DNA of 63,674 bases, filler included, from Octopus bimaculoides (GCF_001194135.2; 6 parts of 6 records of this genome joined end to end with filler, not necessarily neighbours in it), one strand, 5' to 3'. Counted from the first letter of the whole stretch, positions 23,561-36,790 are shown. Made by a program: numbers and translations. Notes: generated by a model not told the origin, from the sequence alone.

Positions 23561-24184
23561 AGGGGATCAGGGCTCATGTTTATTTATATTGTGAGCAAAC
23601 TATTTTTAGTTCCTTAGAAACAATTCTCTACTTTAAAGAACCATCACAACATTGTCACATGATACAAAGTCCTCTGACCTCTCAGTTACCCCCACCACCA
23701 CCACCACCACTTCTCTCCTTGGTCAATTGTTTCTGTTCATTTTCTTCCCTGGCTTGCTTCATTATTCACACATGTTCTGCCAAACTCCCCCCCCCCCCTA
23801 TGGCTGTTAATAATCTACTTTAGGAGAGGAAAACAGCTGCTTTTAATTTCACAGTACAGACAGTAGTAGCCCAGTGGTGGGTGAGTGTTGGAGACAGCTG
23901 AACAACTTCTTTGGACCCCCTCCCCCCTCAACCTCTGTAATTATACATAAATAAAAATGTTAACATGTGAGGAAAATATTTCGTCATGTTTTAAAATATC
24001 AATTTCTTTGTATGTTTTTTTTTTTCCTGCAATATTTCCAATGAACTGTTTTTTTTGTTTCTCTTTTGTCAGTATACAGGTAGGTGCCTGTCAGGGCTCC
24101 ATTCCTAGTTCCCTCCTATCTATTGTAGTTCTTTAGATTGTGTAATAGAGAACCACATGTGTGTGCATAAATCTGAGTGTCTTT

Positions 24185-24395
24185 GTGTTTGTTCCCCACC
24201 ACTGCTTGACAACTGCTGTTGGTTTGTTTACAACCCTGTGACTTAGTGGCTTGGTTAAAAAGAGACTTATAGAATAAGTATTAGACTTCAAAAGATAAAA
24301 AAAGGACTGGGGTTGATTTGTTAAACTAAACCCTTGAAGGTAGTGCCCCAGCATGGCCACAGTCTAATGACTAAAACAAGTAAAAAGATGAAAGA
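24185..24395 (+). mobile_element. SINE family A 3' tail
   Basis: ctgcttgacaactgctgttggtttgtttac...agcatggccacagtctaatgactaaaacaagtaaaag. Confidence 0.8.
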
Positions 24396-25820
24396 TTTAT
24401 TTGGTGTCAAAATTTCCATTGCATCCATTGTGACCCCGTCACAGACATAGTTCCCCTGAGATGACCATTTGTTGTGGTCATCTTTTCTGTGACATTCAGC
24501 TTCCCTGAGATCATCTTTTAACTCCTCTTCTCCCCATGTCTTCCTTGGTCACCCTCTTCCACATGTTCCTTCTCACTCAATCTCTTGGCATTTCTTCACC
24601 CAACCGCCATCCCCTATACACATCATATCTCTTATACCTACACTCTATCTTCTCTCCTCCATGCTACATTGGATTCCTTTTATACCCCAGTCTTTTTCTC
24701 AGCTCATCCATTTCTCTGTCACTCAAACACACAAACATTACACTTCCAGCAGAGCCTCTTTACTTCAAATCTCTCCAGTTTTTACGCTTCATAGAATCTG
24801 CCTTTCACTCAGACACAGAATTCTCTGATTGCCAACACAAGCAACAATAGCGCCATTAACTTTTCCCACCCTGTTCTTACCTTTAGCTATTATACTTTCA
24901 GAGCATTCACCTCTTTAGCTAATTAGGTTGCCTAATTAACCTGGGCCCACAAATGCTTCCTTATGTACAGCTCATTAAACCTCAACTGCACATTATCACT
25001 TTTATTTCAGTTTCTTTGTATAAAAACCAACAACAACAAATTGTCTTTGTTTTGATTCGTTATGAAAATAACGAAGATTTTAGTAATATAACTTTGTCGT
25101 TATGAAACTGGTGTTTGCAGGAAAAATTAATTTGAAATATGTTGGAAGGTTTTTCCTTTAGATCACTTTAAAATGGGAAATTTGTATGAGAGTCAGGGGG
25201 GGGGGTCTCAGCGGGGGTTGGTATCAAAAAAGGTTTAAGGCTGTTTACAAACTCCTTGAAGGTAGTAGAATCAGGGAGGAGATGGCTGATGTGATGATAA
25301 GGTGATGATGATGATGACAATGATAAAGTGATAACAATGGTGATGACGATAATGATGATGACAGTGATGATGATGATGATGGTGATGACATGGAGATAGC
25401 AATAGTGATGATAGCGATATTAATAACGAGGTGGTATTGTGTTCATTGGATAAGGAAAGATTTTCATTTATTTTAAAGAGCTCCATGGTTTTTATGTGGA
25501 GGTAATATTGCTGGCGGTGGAGGGGGGGAGGGGAGGGAGAAGGAAAAAAGAACAAAAATAAACAACAACAGACACAAACACCAGACAAGGAAATATATCA
25601 TCACAAAAAGCAGTTGTTGTGAGATTTATAAGTTATTATGTGGTAAAGAAATATATTGCAAGTTATTAAAGTAAATATTTCTTCAGCCAGACACCATTTT
25701 TAAGTAACAAGACAAACACCAATATGACAGCTCCATTTTGGAAGAAAAATTAACTCAAATTTGTCTTGTAAAACACAGCTTTTACTGTTTGCTCTGGATA
25801 AAACATACACTCACATCTAC

Positions 25821-25851
<31 letters not shown>

Positions 25852-26434
25852 CACACACATATATATACACACACACACACACATATATATACACACACAC
25901 ACATATATATACACACACACACATATATATACACACACACATGCACACACACGCTCACTTGTATATATCATTAAAGAATATTAAAAAAATAAAAAAATCA
26001 AATCTTGGAAAAGACATTTTTAAGCAGAAATATTCTGTCAAACGTATAGAGAAGACTAAGAACAAAAGCTACTTCATTTTTCGACAGACATTATTATTAT
26101 GTATCAAGGAATTCTAGTTACCATTATATTTTCTTTTTATCAAATAAGTTTTTTTTTTAAGCTTTTTTCTTTTTTCTTTTTTCTGAAAAACAACACATTA
26201 TTTGGTTGATTTACTTTTTTTCTTTCCTTCTCCATTGATAACATAAACTTTATTGTCTTGTTGTGCTGTTCTTTTCTCCTTAAATAGCCTTTGTTTATAA
26301 ATAATTTTATTCTGGTTTAAATTACTTAGAATTCTTATTTGAAGATGGTGTGAGTAAAGTATTCACCCCTTCCCGCAATGGGAACAAAAATTTTACTCTC
26401 TCTCTCTTTCTCTCTCACACACACATTCCCCAAA

Positions 26435-26465
<31 letters not shown>

Positions 26466-26648
26466 GTTTTATTGTGATTTGTTTCAGTGGCTGCAGACAA
26501 TTTCTGTGATATTTTAAGTAGTTGGTGTTAGACTTCTACAAAGAAACAAAATAAATTTTTGCTGTTGTTTAAAAGGAGTGCCATTGTTGAAATAAGGGAG
26601 TTAACAGTGTCACATATTTTCAGTGTTTGTGTTAAACCTAACACTGAC

Positions 26649-26702
26649 CTGCAGAGACGACAGAAGAGAGACGGAAATTAGGGTCCTTCATTGCTCTAAA
26701 CT
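26649..26702 (-). CDS. Candidate 54-nt symmetric (phase 1-1) exon EFRAMKDPNFRLSSVVSA
   Basis: Acceptor gatgcAG, donor GTcagt, length 3n, single open frame. Confidence 0.3.
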
Positions 26703-28399
26703 CTGCATCATCAACACAAGATATTTAAATAGGTTTCATTTATAAAATAATGATTAATGGTGTGAATGATGTGTAGAGGTTAAATAGTTAAGTGATGATG
26801 TAGATTATTTTTTTTTAATTGCTTCTTCTGAGGAAGAAGGACAACACCCATAACCCTTTCTAGGGCCTCTGACACTGATGGGAAGAATTTATCATCTGAG
26901 TGAAGTTTTGTCCTCTGTCATGAAGATTTGCAACAGAGGAGATTCTGTTAAAGGCACCCAGGGTCCAAGTGGTGATGTTTGTTACAAGATAAGTGACTCT
27001 GCTGAATGCGCCTAAAGATCAGTTGGTGGTGTTTGCTTGTAAGATAAGGGACTCTGCTAAGGTACTCAAGGAGCAGTGAATTATCTTCAACGACAGAAAC
27101 TTAGGGCTTCCAGGCAATTATTGTTGGTCAAATTTCACTCACAAGACTTTGGTGTCTCTGAGACAATGGAAGTAGATGTCTGGTTAAGGCGTTGAAATAA
27201 AAGGGTATGAAACCCTGAAGGGGGTCTTATGATATGGTCATAGTTCAGACTTATTACTTGAAGGACCTCAATTAACCTAATTAAAGAATAAGATAAAAAA
27301 CAAACTCTGTTCTTGAAAGTGTTATCTCATTAAAAGACTTGATGGTGATGAAGTTTTAGTTTGAACAAAGTTACATCATCATCATCATCATTTTACATCT
27401 GCTTTCCATGCTGACATGGGTTGTATGGATTATCACAGTTGGAGTGATTCCTTATCGAGAGTCACTCCTCCAGTAGACTGGTGCTCATACATGTCATTTG
27501 GCTTGGTTTCTACTTTTACTAACACCAGGTTTTGGTAAGACTGCTGTAGCTTGCATTGGAATAGTTTTGATAAAGAGGAATTGGTGTTTTGTAGATGGGG
27601 TGTGTTGTTTAGTCTCAGGTCAGTCTTGTCCAGATCTGTGATCAAAGGTGTTCCAGCTTTGGCCATCCAAGATGATATCCAATCTTAAAAACTGGTGAAA
27701 TTAACATGCAAGTAAGTGGCTGAGTACTCCTCAGACACGCACACTCTTATTGTAGTTTTTGCCAGCTGAGTGGACTGAGCAACATGAAATAAAGTGTCTT
27801 GCTCAAGGACTCAAAACATTGCTAGGAATTGAACTCAAGACATTACGATCGTGAGTGAATCACCTTAACTACTAAACTACATGTCTTTGATATCCAATGT
27901 ATCTTTTCCTTCACAGTAGAGTAGAGTGGGGCTTTGAGAAGGATTCAGCTGCTATTTCTAGCCGCTTGAGGGACTACATGATGGCATTTTAGCAGAGAGG
28001 CAGGTGAGATACTCTGAAGAATGGGGTTGATTACAAAAGGGACGAACGAGGTGGGGATGGGGTTTGAGATAAGATTATGGGGCTGGGGTGGGCGAGTGAG
28101 GTGCAAATTATTTTATTCTATCAAAATAACTATTCTTTTGTTTTATAAATTCATTTGCATTTGTTTTCGTTTGGCTTGAGAGCAAATCTTTGTAGACTTT
28201 TTTTCCCCTTTATTTTCTGGAGATTCCTGTTTTATTTACAGAAGAAGATAATTATAGCAGTTGAGATAAAATGAAAACAACAATAATTCCACTCTCAATC
28301 GGTATAGAACATTCTGGGGGGGTAGGCGTGGAAGATGGGGGCCGTTATAAAAGATGGTATTCTGTCATTTTATTAAGAACACAGTAGCAGTCTCTTAGA

Positions 28400-28670
28400 C
28401 TGTTGCTGCCGCCATCGCCACCAGCATTACCACAACTGCCACCACCACCATCATCCTATCCACCACTACCATCACTACTACTACTACTACTGTCACCACC
28501 AACACCACTACCACCTTCACCAACACACACCACCACTACCATCAATGCTACTGCCACCACCACCACCACCACCACCATTGCCACCACAAGCACCATCACC
28601 CTCATCACAACTACTACCACCACCACCACCACCACCACCACCATCATTGTAACAATTCCACCAAATGGAA
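28400..28670. repeat. Degenerate (CAC/CAT/TAC)n low-complexity tract
   Basis: Direct; yields the Pro/Thr-rich spurious ORF. Confidence 0.9.
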
Positions 28671-28922
28671 CCAGTTGATTGCAGTGACGATGTTTGCTGT
28701 TACAAGTTGGTTATTTTAAGCAAATTATGTAATCTAAGAATAAGTATTTTTGGTATTAACCAGTGTGTGTGTGGTGGCAACATTGGTTGATGTTCAACTT
28801 AATCTCAACAATGTTTTAACTTTATTAATGACTAACAATGGATAATAAGTTTTTATCTTAATTAAGTCACATTTTAGATTTCTTTTTTAACAAGTTTTTT
28901 TTTAAATTCTTGCTCCTACATA

Positions 28923-28955
<33 letters not shown>

Positions 28956-29439
28956 TATGCTTCTGTTTGGCAAATGTAATTTTATAAGATGTCTTGATAA
29001 ATGAAATTACCGTTATCAGCACCACCCTCGCCACCATCCCCTTCATAACATCTTCACCAACACCACTACTACCAACATCATCATCATCATCATTTTCATC
29101 ATCATCTCTGTTGCTCTCGTCTCCTTTGCCCTCATTTTGGTTGTCTTTTTTGTTGTCATCTTCATCTGTGTCATCTTTGTCTTTACCATCATATTCATCG
29201 TCATTATTGTCATCATCTTCATCTTCTTCCCATTGTTGTCATCATCATCCTGTTGTTTGGTATTTTTTTTTCACTCCTTTCAATCCAGCAATGACTATTG
29301 CATAGTTTCTCTCAAATCTTTGACTGAAATTGGTTTTCATTTAATATTATCAACCATTAAAATCTTCATTTAATACCATTAGTCCATCAAAGTCTTTAAT
29401 ATTATCATCCATTGAAATCAGAATTCCTTGTTCAGTTAA

Positions 29440-29645
29440 TATGGTGAGCTGGTAGAATCGTTAACATGTTGGACAAAACACCGAGCAATATTTCTTCCAG
29501 CTCTTTTCATTCTGAGTTCAAGTCCTGCTGAGGTCAGCTTTGTCTTTCATCCTTTGGAGATGGATAAATAAAGTACCAGTCAAATACTGGGGTCAAGTAA
29601 ATGGCTGTCTCCCTCCCACTAAAATTTCTGATCCCCTATAATTTG
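29440..29645 (+). mobile_element. SINE family B
   Basis: atggtgagctggtagaatcgttaac...gagttcaagtcctgctgaggtcagc. Confidence 0.8.
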
Positions 29646-29681
29646 AAATGATCCTTACTTGTCCAATAGCTCTCCTTAAAC

Positions 29682-29877
29682 CAGGATCGGCAAACTTTTT
29701 TAAACAATTCTCCTAAAGTATATTTATTTACGTCAGCGTTAGCCCCTTGGTTCAAATGAAAGAAAATCATAGATAATGAGGAACACATTTTTTAATATAA
29801 TTTTACTTATGTCTAATGAGTCCTAATTACCCCCAAGAATATCATTGGGGTAATTTATCCCGGTTCGCCAACCCCTG
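29682..29877. mobile_element. hAT-superfamily MITE with 8-bp TSD
   Basis: TIRs caggatcggcaaac / gttcgccaacccctg; TSD ccttaaac / ctttaaac (7/8); internal hairpin aattacccc...ggggtaatt. Confidence 0.8.
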
Positions 29878-30720
29878 CTTTAAACCTTTAAACAGTTAAC
29901 TAGTTTTGCATAGAATTAACAATATATAAGACATTATAGTAAAAGTGTTAACATTAAAACACTACTCACAAAACTTTACTTAGAACTAAAAAAAAAAAAC
30001 AAGATAACCTCAAAAAATGGTAATTATTTATAGATTTTTATTTCCCAAATGAAAATAGTATTGTTTTTATATATCTCTGATAGATTTCTGAATTGTCTTA
30101 GGGGGAAATGTTAAGAGATGCCATTCTGTCGATAAAATGGCCAGACTTCCATTGTTATTTTTTGAAATAAAGTCAGGGCAGCAGGCGTGTTGATATTAGC
30201 TTTTCAATAAATGGGTTTTTTTTTTGTTTCATTTTGTTGTTTTGGAACTTGGTAATGTTTTTGCATCTGAGACTAAATTTCATCATTTGCTTCACTGAGG
30301 AATAATATAACTATAATAATGATGATGATGATGATGATGATGGAAAAAGCTAGATGGAAGGCAGACAATAGAAGTGAGCAATTCACATTGCTATCTCAAA
30401 AGTGTAGGGTTAGAGTCATTAAAAAAAGGGGGGGGGGGTCAAAAATGGCAGCTGTGTCTGACATATCAAATAGAAGTGCATATTAAATTAAACATAAAGT
30501 ATGATGTATTGAATGCTCTATGAAGAAGAAAAAAAAAGAGAAAAGCTTAAATTTCTCCTCTTGATTGGAGAAAGAAAAAAAACCAAGACCTAGTGGTAAT
30601 GTTAGTGACTTCAAGGATGAAGGGAGATAATTTTAGGAGATTAAAATTAATCTCTCTAAGTTTATTTACATGCTTAGGAAAATAGGGAAGTTTGAGTAGT
30701 TGTAGCAGGCAAGGGAGACA

Positions 30721-30765
30721 GACAACTATGGACATGTTTCAGTCTGTTGGACCTCATCAGCTGTC
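30721..30765 (-). ncRNA. Minimal hammerhead-like motif with palindromic stem III
   Basis: gacag-CUGAUGA-GGUC-caaca-GACU-GAAA-CAUG-UC: intact core, GUC triplet, ACAUGU palindrome; stem I imperfect. Confidence 0.55.
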
Positions 30766-31489
30766 ACCTACTCATGAAACAGGCTAAAAGATTGTTGTTT
30801 GCACATTATTGTTTCATTCCTTCCACTTCTTCTTGCAATATGTAATAGTGATAGTGATGGTGATGGTGATGATAGCGGTGGTGGTGGTGTTTGCTCTGTC
30901 TGTCGATGTTCATGATTACAAAGCTATCACATCAGTTCTCAAACGATTTTGGGGTAAATGTTTGCATGTATATGTGTATGGATAGGTGAGTGTTTGTATG
31001 TATATGGGTGTGTATATTTGTGTATATGCATGTGTATGGGTGTGTATGTGTGTTTGTATATATGTGTATGTTTGCATGTGTGTGTGTGTTCACCCCTTTC
31101 TCTTGAAAGCAGGAAGTTACCATCTCCACCATTGCAATAATAGCAGGAACACCTACTTGTTAGAGAGAGGGGGGGGGTTCCTAGACAGTTGTTCACAACT
31201 TCAACACTTGACTTTATTTATTTTAGAGAATTATTCCAGTTATTGTCATTATTGACCACCACCACCACCACTAAGGTGACGAGGCTGAGGGGTACCTTCA
31301 CCGTCATCACTAACAACAGCAGTAGTTGTAAGGGGGGAGGCATAGCATCAACACATTCTGATATTTTTCAATCTGTGTATTTGTTTAAAATATATTATGT
31401 TCTTGGACTCTTTAAGTTTATTCTTAATACGAAAATTTTTGTTTGTATTGAGCATTAAATATAATTATATTTAGGCGATTGGCTTCAAT

Positions 31490-31640
31490 GGTTAGTGTCG
31501 AGCTTACGATCGTGAAGAGGGGAGGCTGGTATGAATAGGTGATTGCTTGTCTTCCATAAACAGCCTTGCCTGGACTTGTGCCTCAGAGGGGAACTTTCTA
31601 GGTTCAATCCCATGGTCAGTCATGACTGAAGGGGGTCTTT
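31490..31640 (+). mobile_element. tRNA-headed SINE-like fragment (different family)
   Basis: ggcttcaatggttagtgtcg...cttacgatcgtgaag head, related to the reverse complement of 5075-5141 and of ~27830-27870. Confidence 0.45.
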
Positions 31641-32354
31641 ATGTGTTTATAGTCTGTAGACAGGGTTTTAATCCAAGCTGTGCACTTCCTCATGAGACAT
31701 ATTTGCAAATGCTAATTCTTCAAAGCATTTTTGTTGATGCTGTTTATACGAAAGTTGAAATTAATGGAGAATACTGTTAAATACTGGAAAATATTGTATT
31801 GTAGACTAATTACATGTTACAACACAAAACGAGAATTTTTGGCATTATTTATTTTGTAATACTTATGTTTCTTTACCGATAGAAAGAAGTTCTGTAGATA
31901 TACATGTAGGAAAACATGTAAGACGTCACTAATTAGCAATTCATCAGAGAGATAATTAGAATAACACAAGCTTACATTGTGTTGAGCTACAATATATACA
32001 GAGTGTATTGTTTCATTATTGGTAGGATCAACCAAAAAATATACCCCATCAAGGGAGAGATAAATCTCATTTAATAAACACTGGATTTAGATGTGATCTG
32101 CTCTAAGTTTTTATGCTCAGATAAATTTGTATAGTGTTTTTTGTGGATTATCTTGCAGTCTTTCAATGTTTACTTTGAATCTAAACAATTGCAAGAGAGT
32201 ACAGAGTACATTATATGAGCTTGTCTAATTACTGTGCTGTCAGAGCATGAAACTTATAGTGGCTTACATTTAGATCCTGTGATTAGTAAATATGTATGCA
32301 TGTGTATATGTATGTATTTGTATATATATGTATGCATCTTTATGTATGTATGTA

Positions 32355-32470
32355 TGTCATTATTCAGCTTATTTCAAGATTTTTTTGCCAATAGGGAAAG
32401 AACCAGTTTCTAACCTAGATCCAAGGCTCCTACATTGGAATTTTAACATCAACAACAGGGTATTTTTGTT
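32355..32470 (+). mobile_element. Family G repeat, copy 2
   Basis: Homologous to 6115-6232. Confidence 0.75.
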
Positions 32471-32474
32471 TGCA

Positions 32475-32518
<44 letters not shown>

Positions 32519-32705
32519 TTTTCACACCAGCATGGGTTATTTGTATTGAGGCATTGTTTTACAGTCGGATGCTTTTCCTGTTGCTAACCTGTTCATTCCA
32601 CATGTCTTTGATATCTTAGTGCCAGCAGCTGATTTGCTGACAGAAAATAACAACAAACTTATCTGAGCACAGAATGTAAGCATTTATACTGACCCCCACC
32701 TCTCT

Positions 32706-32750
<45 letters not shown>

Positions 32751-34329
32751 NNNNNNNNNNNNNNNNNNNNNNNNNNNNNTTCTTTCAATTTCTGTCTACA
32801 AAATGCACTCGCAAGGCTTTGGTCAGCTTGAGGCTAAAAGCAGTAGATACTTGCCTAAGCTGTTTGTTCAGTGGGACTGAACCGAAAAGCATATGGAGCT
32901 CAGAGGCAAAGACCTCAACTACCCAGTGGCCTAAATAGAATGATGCATTCCTTGGACAAAATATCTATTCCCATAACTACAAATGTTATGCTTGTAAAGA
33001 ACTTATTTCAATAGGTTTTGAAGGGTGTGAGTCAGAGAGGTTTCATAGTAAAAGTGAGGAAAGATCATGGCTTCTGGAAATGAAATACTGTAGACTGATT
33101 CTTCATGTTATTCCATATATGGAGCATCGGTTAAACAAATTCTAGTGTTAGGAACAAAAATGTTGAGGAGACACGAAACCTCTTCATCAGTTGTTAAAAT
33201 AAGCTGACTATGAAGTGGTTTGGGTCATGTAATTATGACATTATTGTGATTCTGTGGTCTCTCATGAATGTGGCCAAATATGGGTGACCTTCTGATAAAA
33301 GAGGGGAATAGGAAGGCGCGGAATACATCTGGTTGGTTTGTGGCTGGAAAAGAGGGAGGGTGATGTTGTATTTCTTGATGTTTGTCCATTTTCTGCTAAA
33401 GTTATGAATTCTACCTGGTTTCTATTTTCTGAAAGCAAAGTTAATTCCTGTGGAATTGGAGTTTAAGAACCAAGCAGAAGTAAGTTAAGCTCAAAGAAGG
33501 TAATGCTTTGCTGAGGAGATCCAAAGCAAGAATCTTCGGAGTTCTGTGGTCCACATTTGTCAAAATCAGATTTAAGATATTAGTAGCTGAGTTAGTGGCT
33601 TGTTTTGGTCATACAGTTATTATTGATTAATTAGTATTATTAACTAATTAGGTATTTATATCTCAGTGCATTAATTATTTAACCATTAAAATGTATTTAG
33701 TCTGGCAATCACCTGTCTTGGCCATCTCAGCTGTCCTCACTTTAATGAACGGCCCATAGTTATGATCACTAATGAGGTTACATCTAGAGATACTCACAAG
33801 ATACTCTCATGATTCTCTATGTGGTTGCCACTTTTGCTAGAAATAGCAGCCAGATTGCCCTTAATGCATACCTTGCTGCCTTACAAAACAGAGGACATAT
33901 TAGAGTATGAGCTCAGATATATGTAAAGACTAGGTGGTCATGGTGAGAATGCCTTGGATCATAGGTTTGCTTTATCAGGGCTTACTTTGGCATTATTGTT
34001 TTGTGTGTATCTGAAATCTTTCTTATATTTCTTAAATCAGCCAATCAGAAAAGTTTATTTACATGTTTAGGGGAGAAATCTGTATTTTGTATTTTATTTT
34101 TTATCTTTAGTCACCTAATTCCCTGTGGATTTGGTAAATGGAAGCTGAAAGAAGCCTGTTGTGTGTGTGTGCGTGTGTGTATACCCTTGTCTTGACATCA
34201 CAGGATGGTTGTAAACAAGCATCCCTGTCATACAAGCAGGGTTGTTTATTGCCAGTCTTCTGTGAAAGTATGTCTAGTCATGGGGAAATATTATGTTGCT
34301 TGCAGACAAGTAAGGGTTGGTGACATTTT

Positions 34330-34625
34330 GGATTCCACTAAAGGGATCCAAATTGTCTGAGGCTGTGCTGGGATTTGAACTCGGAATGCAAAGACTTGGA
34401 ATAAGTAATCTTTTCCTTTCTACTGTAGGCAAAAGGCCTGACATTCTGGGGGAGGGTGTAAGTTCATTACATTGACCCCAATATTCAGCTGGTACTTATT
34501 TCATCAACCCCTGAAAAGGATGAAAGGCAAAGTTGACCCCAGCGGGATTTGAACTCGGAATCTGATGCCGGATGAAATGCCACTAAGCATTTGGTCCAGC
34601 ATGCAGACGATTCTAACATCTTTGC
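34330..34625 (-). mobile_element. SINE family B, with an extra head-like segment upstream
   Basis: ggatttgaactcggaat occurs twice (~34372 and ~34545). Confidence 0.75.
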
Positions 34626-35439
34626 CATCTCGATTTGTAACAAATAATGCAAAAGACCTTGTCTCATGATCCACCACCACCACCACCACCACCACCAAAA
34701 GTGCCTCAAGTACTACTACCTTCCCCAATCACAACCATCGCTATTAACTACTACTACAGCTACCACCACCACTACCAAAAACATGACTACTACTACTCTA
34801 CTACTACTACAGGATTCTAATAATCTTCTTTGTATCGTTCCACTTTTAGAATATGTCTTAAGTGGGAGAGCACTTACCATCATCATCAACAGCAGCAACA
34901 TCAACCAAACTAAAATCCTTATTCTACCAGTCAACAGTTCCTTCTTAACCTACCGATTCTACTTTCCAGCTAAATCCCCCCCCCCCNNNNNNNNNNNNNN
35001 NNNNNNNNNNNNNNNNNNNNNNNNNNNNNNNNNNNNNNNNNNNNNNNNNNNNNNNNNNNNNNNNNNNNNNNNNNNNNNNNNNNNNNNNNNNNNNNGGTGT
35101 CGTCGTCCTCCTCCTCCCCCACCACTTCTTATTCTTCTTCCTTTTTGGCATTGCAGCTGTAAATTGTTTTCTTCCATCAAACTTCCTGACACCATCCCAT
35201 TTGTCGACAGCCAGGTCCAACAATTTTTCTTTTGTTTGTTCCGACCGTTTTCTTTCTTTCTTTCCTATAATGGTCAACATACTGGACGTCTTTTGCGGAA
35301 TATTTTCCAGCTTTGCATGTGGTATTTGTCAGATATGGAATCTGTGAATTGTTGCTTAATCAGAGATGGTCTTTTTGTGTTAGGTCATGCGACAGTTGGA
35401 GTGTGGAATTTCGTTTGCTGGATTAAATGTTTATGAATA

Positions 35440-35558
35440 AAAATGGAAATAGCCATGTGGTTAAGAAGTTCACTTTACAGTCACATAGGTTTTGGTTCAG
35501 TCCCACTGCTTGGTACTTGCCCAAGGCATTTGAGTGGTGGAAACTGAAAGAAGCGCTT

Positions 35559-35570
<12 letters not shown>
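35440..35570 (+). mobile_element. SINE family A head
   Basis: gccatgtggttaagaagttc...ggttcagtcccactg. Confidence 0.7.
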
Positions 35571-35596
<26 letters not shown>

Positions 35597-35773
35597 GGGT
35601 GGCCTAAAAGTAGGTTTACAGTTATTCAACTATCTCTTTCACATTCATATATTAACAGTTTAGATCTTAATTATATAAAAAATATGAAACCATTATTCTA
35701 TGCTAATTTATATATATATGTGTGTGTGTGTATGTATGTATGTATGTATGTATGTATGTATGTATGGCTAATT

Positions 35774-36050
35774 AATAGTGTGACAGAGATGACTGTAGCT
35801 AACTAACCAATAGTGTGGCATTGATGTCTAATAGAGTGGGGGGAAGGGAGATGATTATGTTTGATTAATAGTGTGGGAGACCTGACTCTATTTTATCTGA
35901 TGGTGTGGGAAGATGACTGTATCTATGGTCTGATTCACTGATTGTGTGGGAGACATGTCTATGGCTGCCTCTTAGATGACTATGTATTATAGTGTGACAG
36001 ATATGGCTATGTCTAACCATGTCTAATTCACTGATAGTGCGGGAGAGACG
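35774..36050. repeat. Degenerate irregular minisatellite built on (a/g)atagtgtggga(g/c)a..atg
   Basis: About 8 motif copies with 21-49 bp spacing. Confidence 0.55.
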
Positions 36051-36471
36051 AAAACAAGGAAAGCAGAAGAAAGAGGAAGGGAAAAAAAATGTCAAATACC
36101 ATCCTAAAATAACTTAACTCTGATGATGAGAGAGACTGAAGCGTAAATAGTTCTGTAAGGAGGAATATATTTACACCAGCCTTGTGGTCGGTGGTTGATA
36201 TTACAAGAATATCTTTACCAAAATATGGCAAGTATGCACCACTGAGAGATCTTTGCCATGGTCTACCAGCCCCACCTCCCCTTCCCGGCAGGTGGGGACA
36301 ACGTAGAGAATAGTGGGGGATGGGGGGTTTTGGAACAAAGAAAGAATTTATATGAAATATTCTGCTTGAGAGCAATTACTCACATAATTCATGTAGGGAG
36401 TGATGATGCAAGTGCAGAGGTACTAACTCACCAACATACATGGCCTCTGTGTATGTGTGTGTATATATATA

Positions 36472-36630
36472 TAGTGGCTGTGTGGTAAGTAGCTTGCATA
36501 CCAACCACATGTTTCTGGGTTCAGTCCCTCTGCATGGCACCTTGGGCAAGTGTCTTCTATAGCCTCGGGCTGACCAAATCCTTGTCAGTGGATTTGGTAG
36601 ACAGAAACTGAAAGAAGCCCGTGGTATATA
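36472..36630 (+). mobile_element. SINE family A head and core
   Basis: gtggctgtgtggtaagtagcttgc...gaaactgaaagaagcccg. Confidence 0.85.
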
Positions 36631-36739
36631 TATGTATGTATATATGTTTTACACCCATTTTTCAATGTTAGCATAGTTTAGATGAATACATCTTGTATGC
36701 ATGTATAATTGTGTATAAACATGCACGCACATATACAGA

Positions 36740-36790
<51 letters not shown>

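Noticed and set aside
24880-24925. Minus-strand donor GTAAGA with a 38-nt exon
   Set aside because: Stops in all three frames.
35100-35420. Possible LINE ORF1 remnant (LQLSHDLTQK; WLSTNGMV) on the minus strand
   Set aside because: The similarity is too short and degenerate to support without a profile search.
35595-35640. cagggtggcctaaaagtagg as a Tc1/pogo TIR
   Set aside because: No partner TIR and no TA immediately flanking; at most a solo end.
35774-36050. Repeat-spacer pattern as a possible CRISPR-like array
   Set aside because: The repeats are degenerate, the spacers are mutually related and uneven, there are no cas genes, and the context is eukaryotic.
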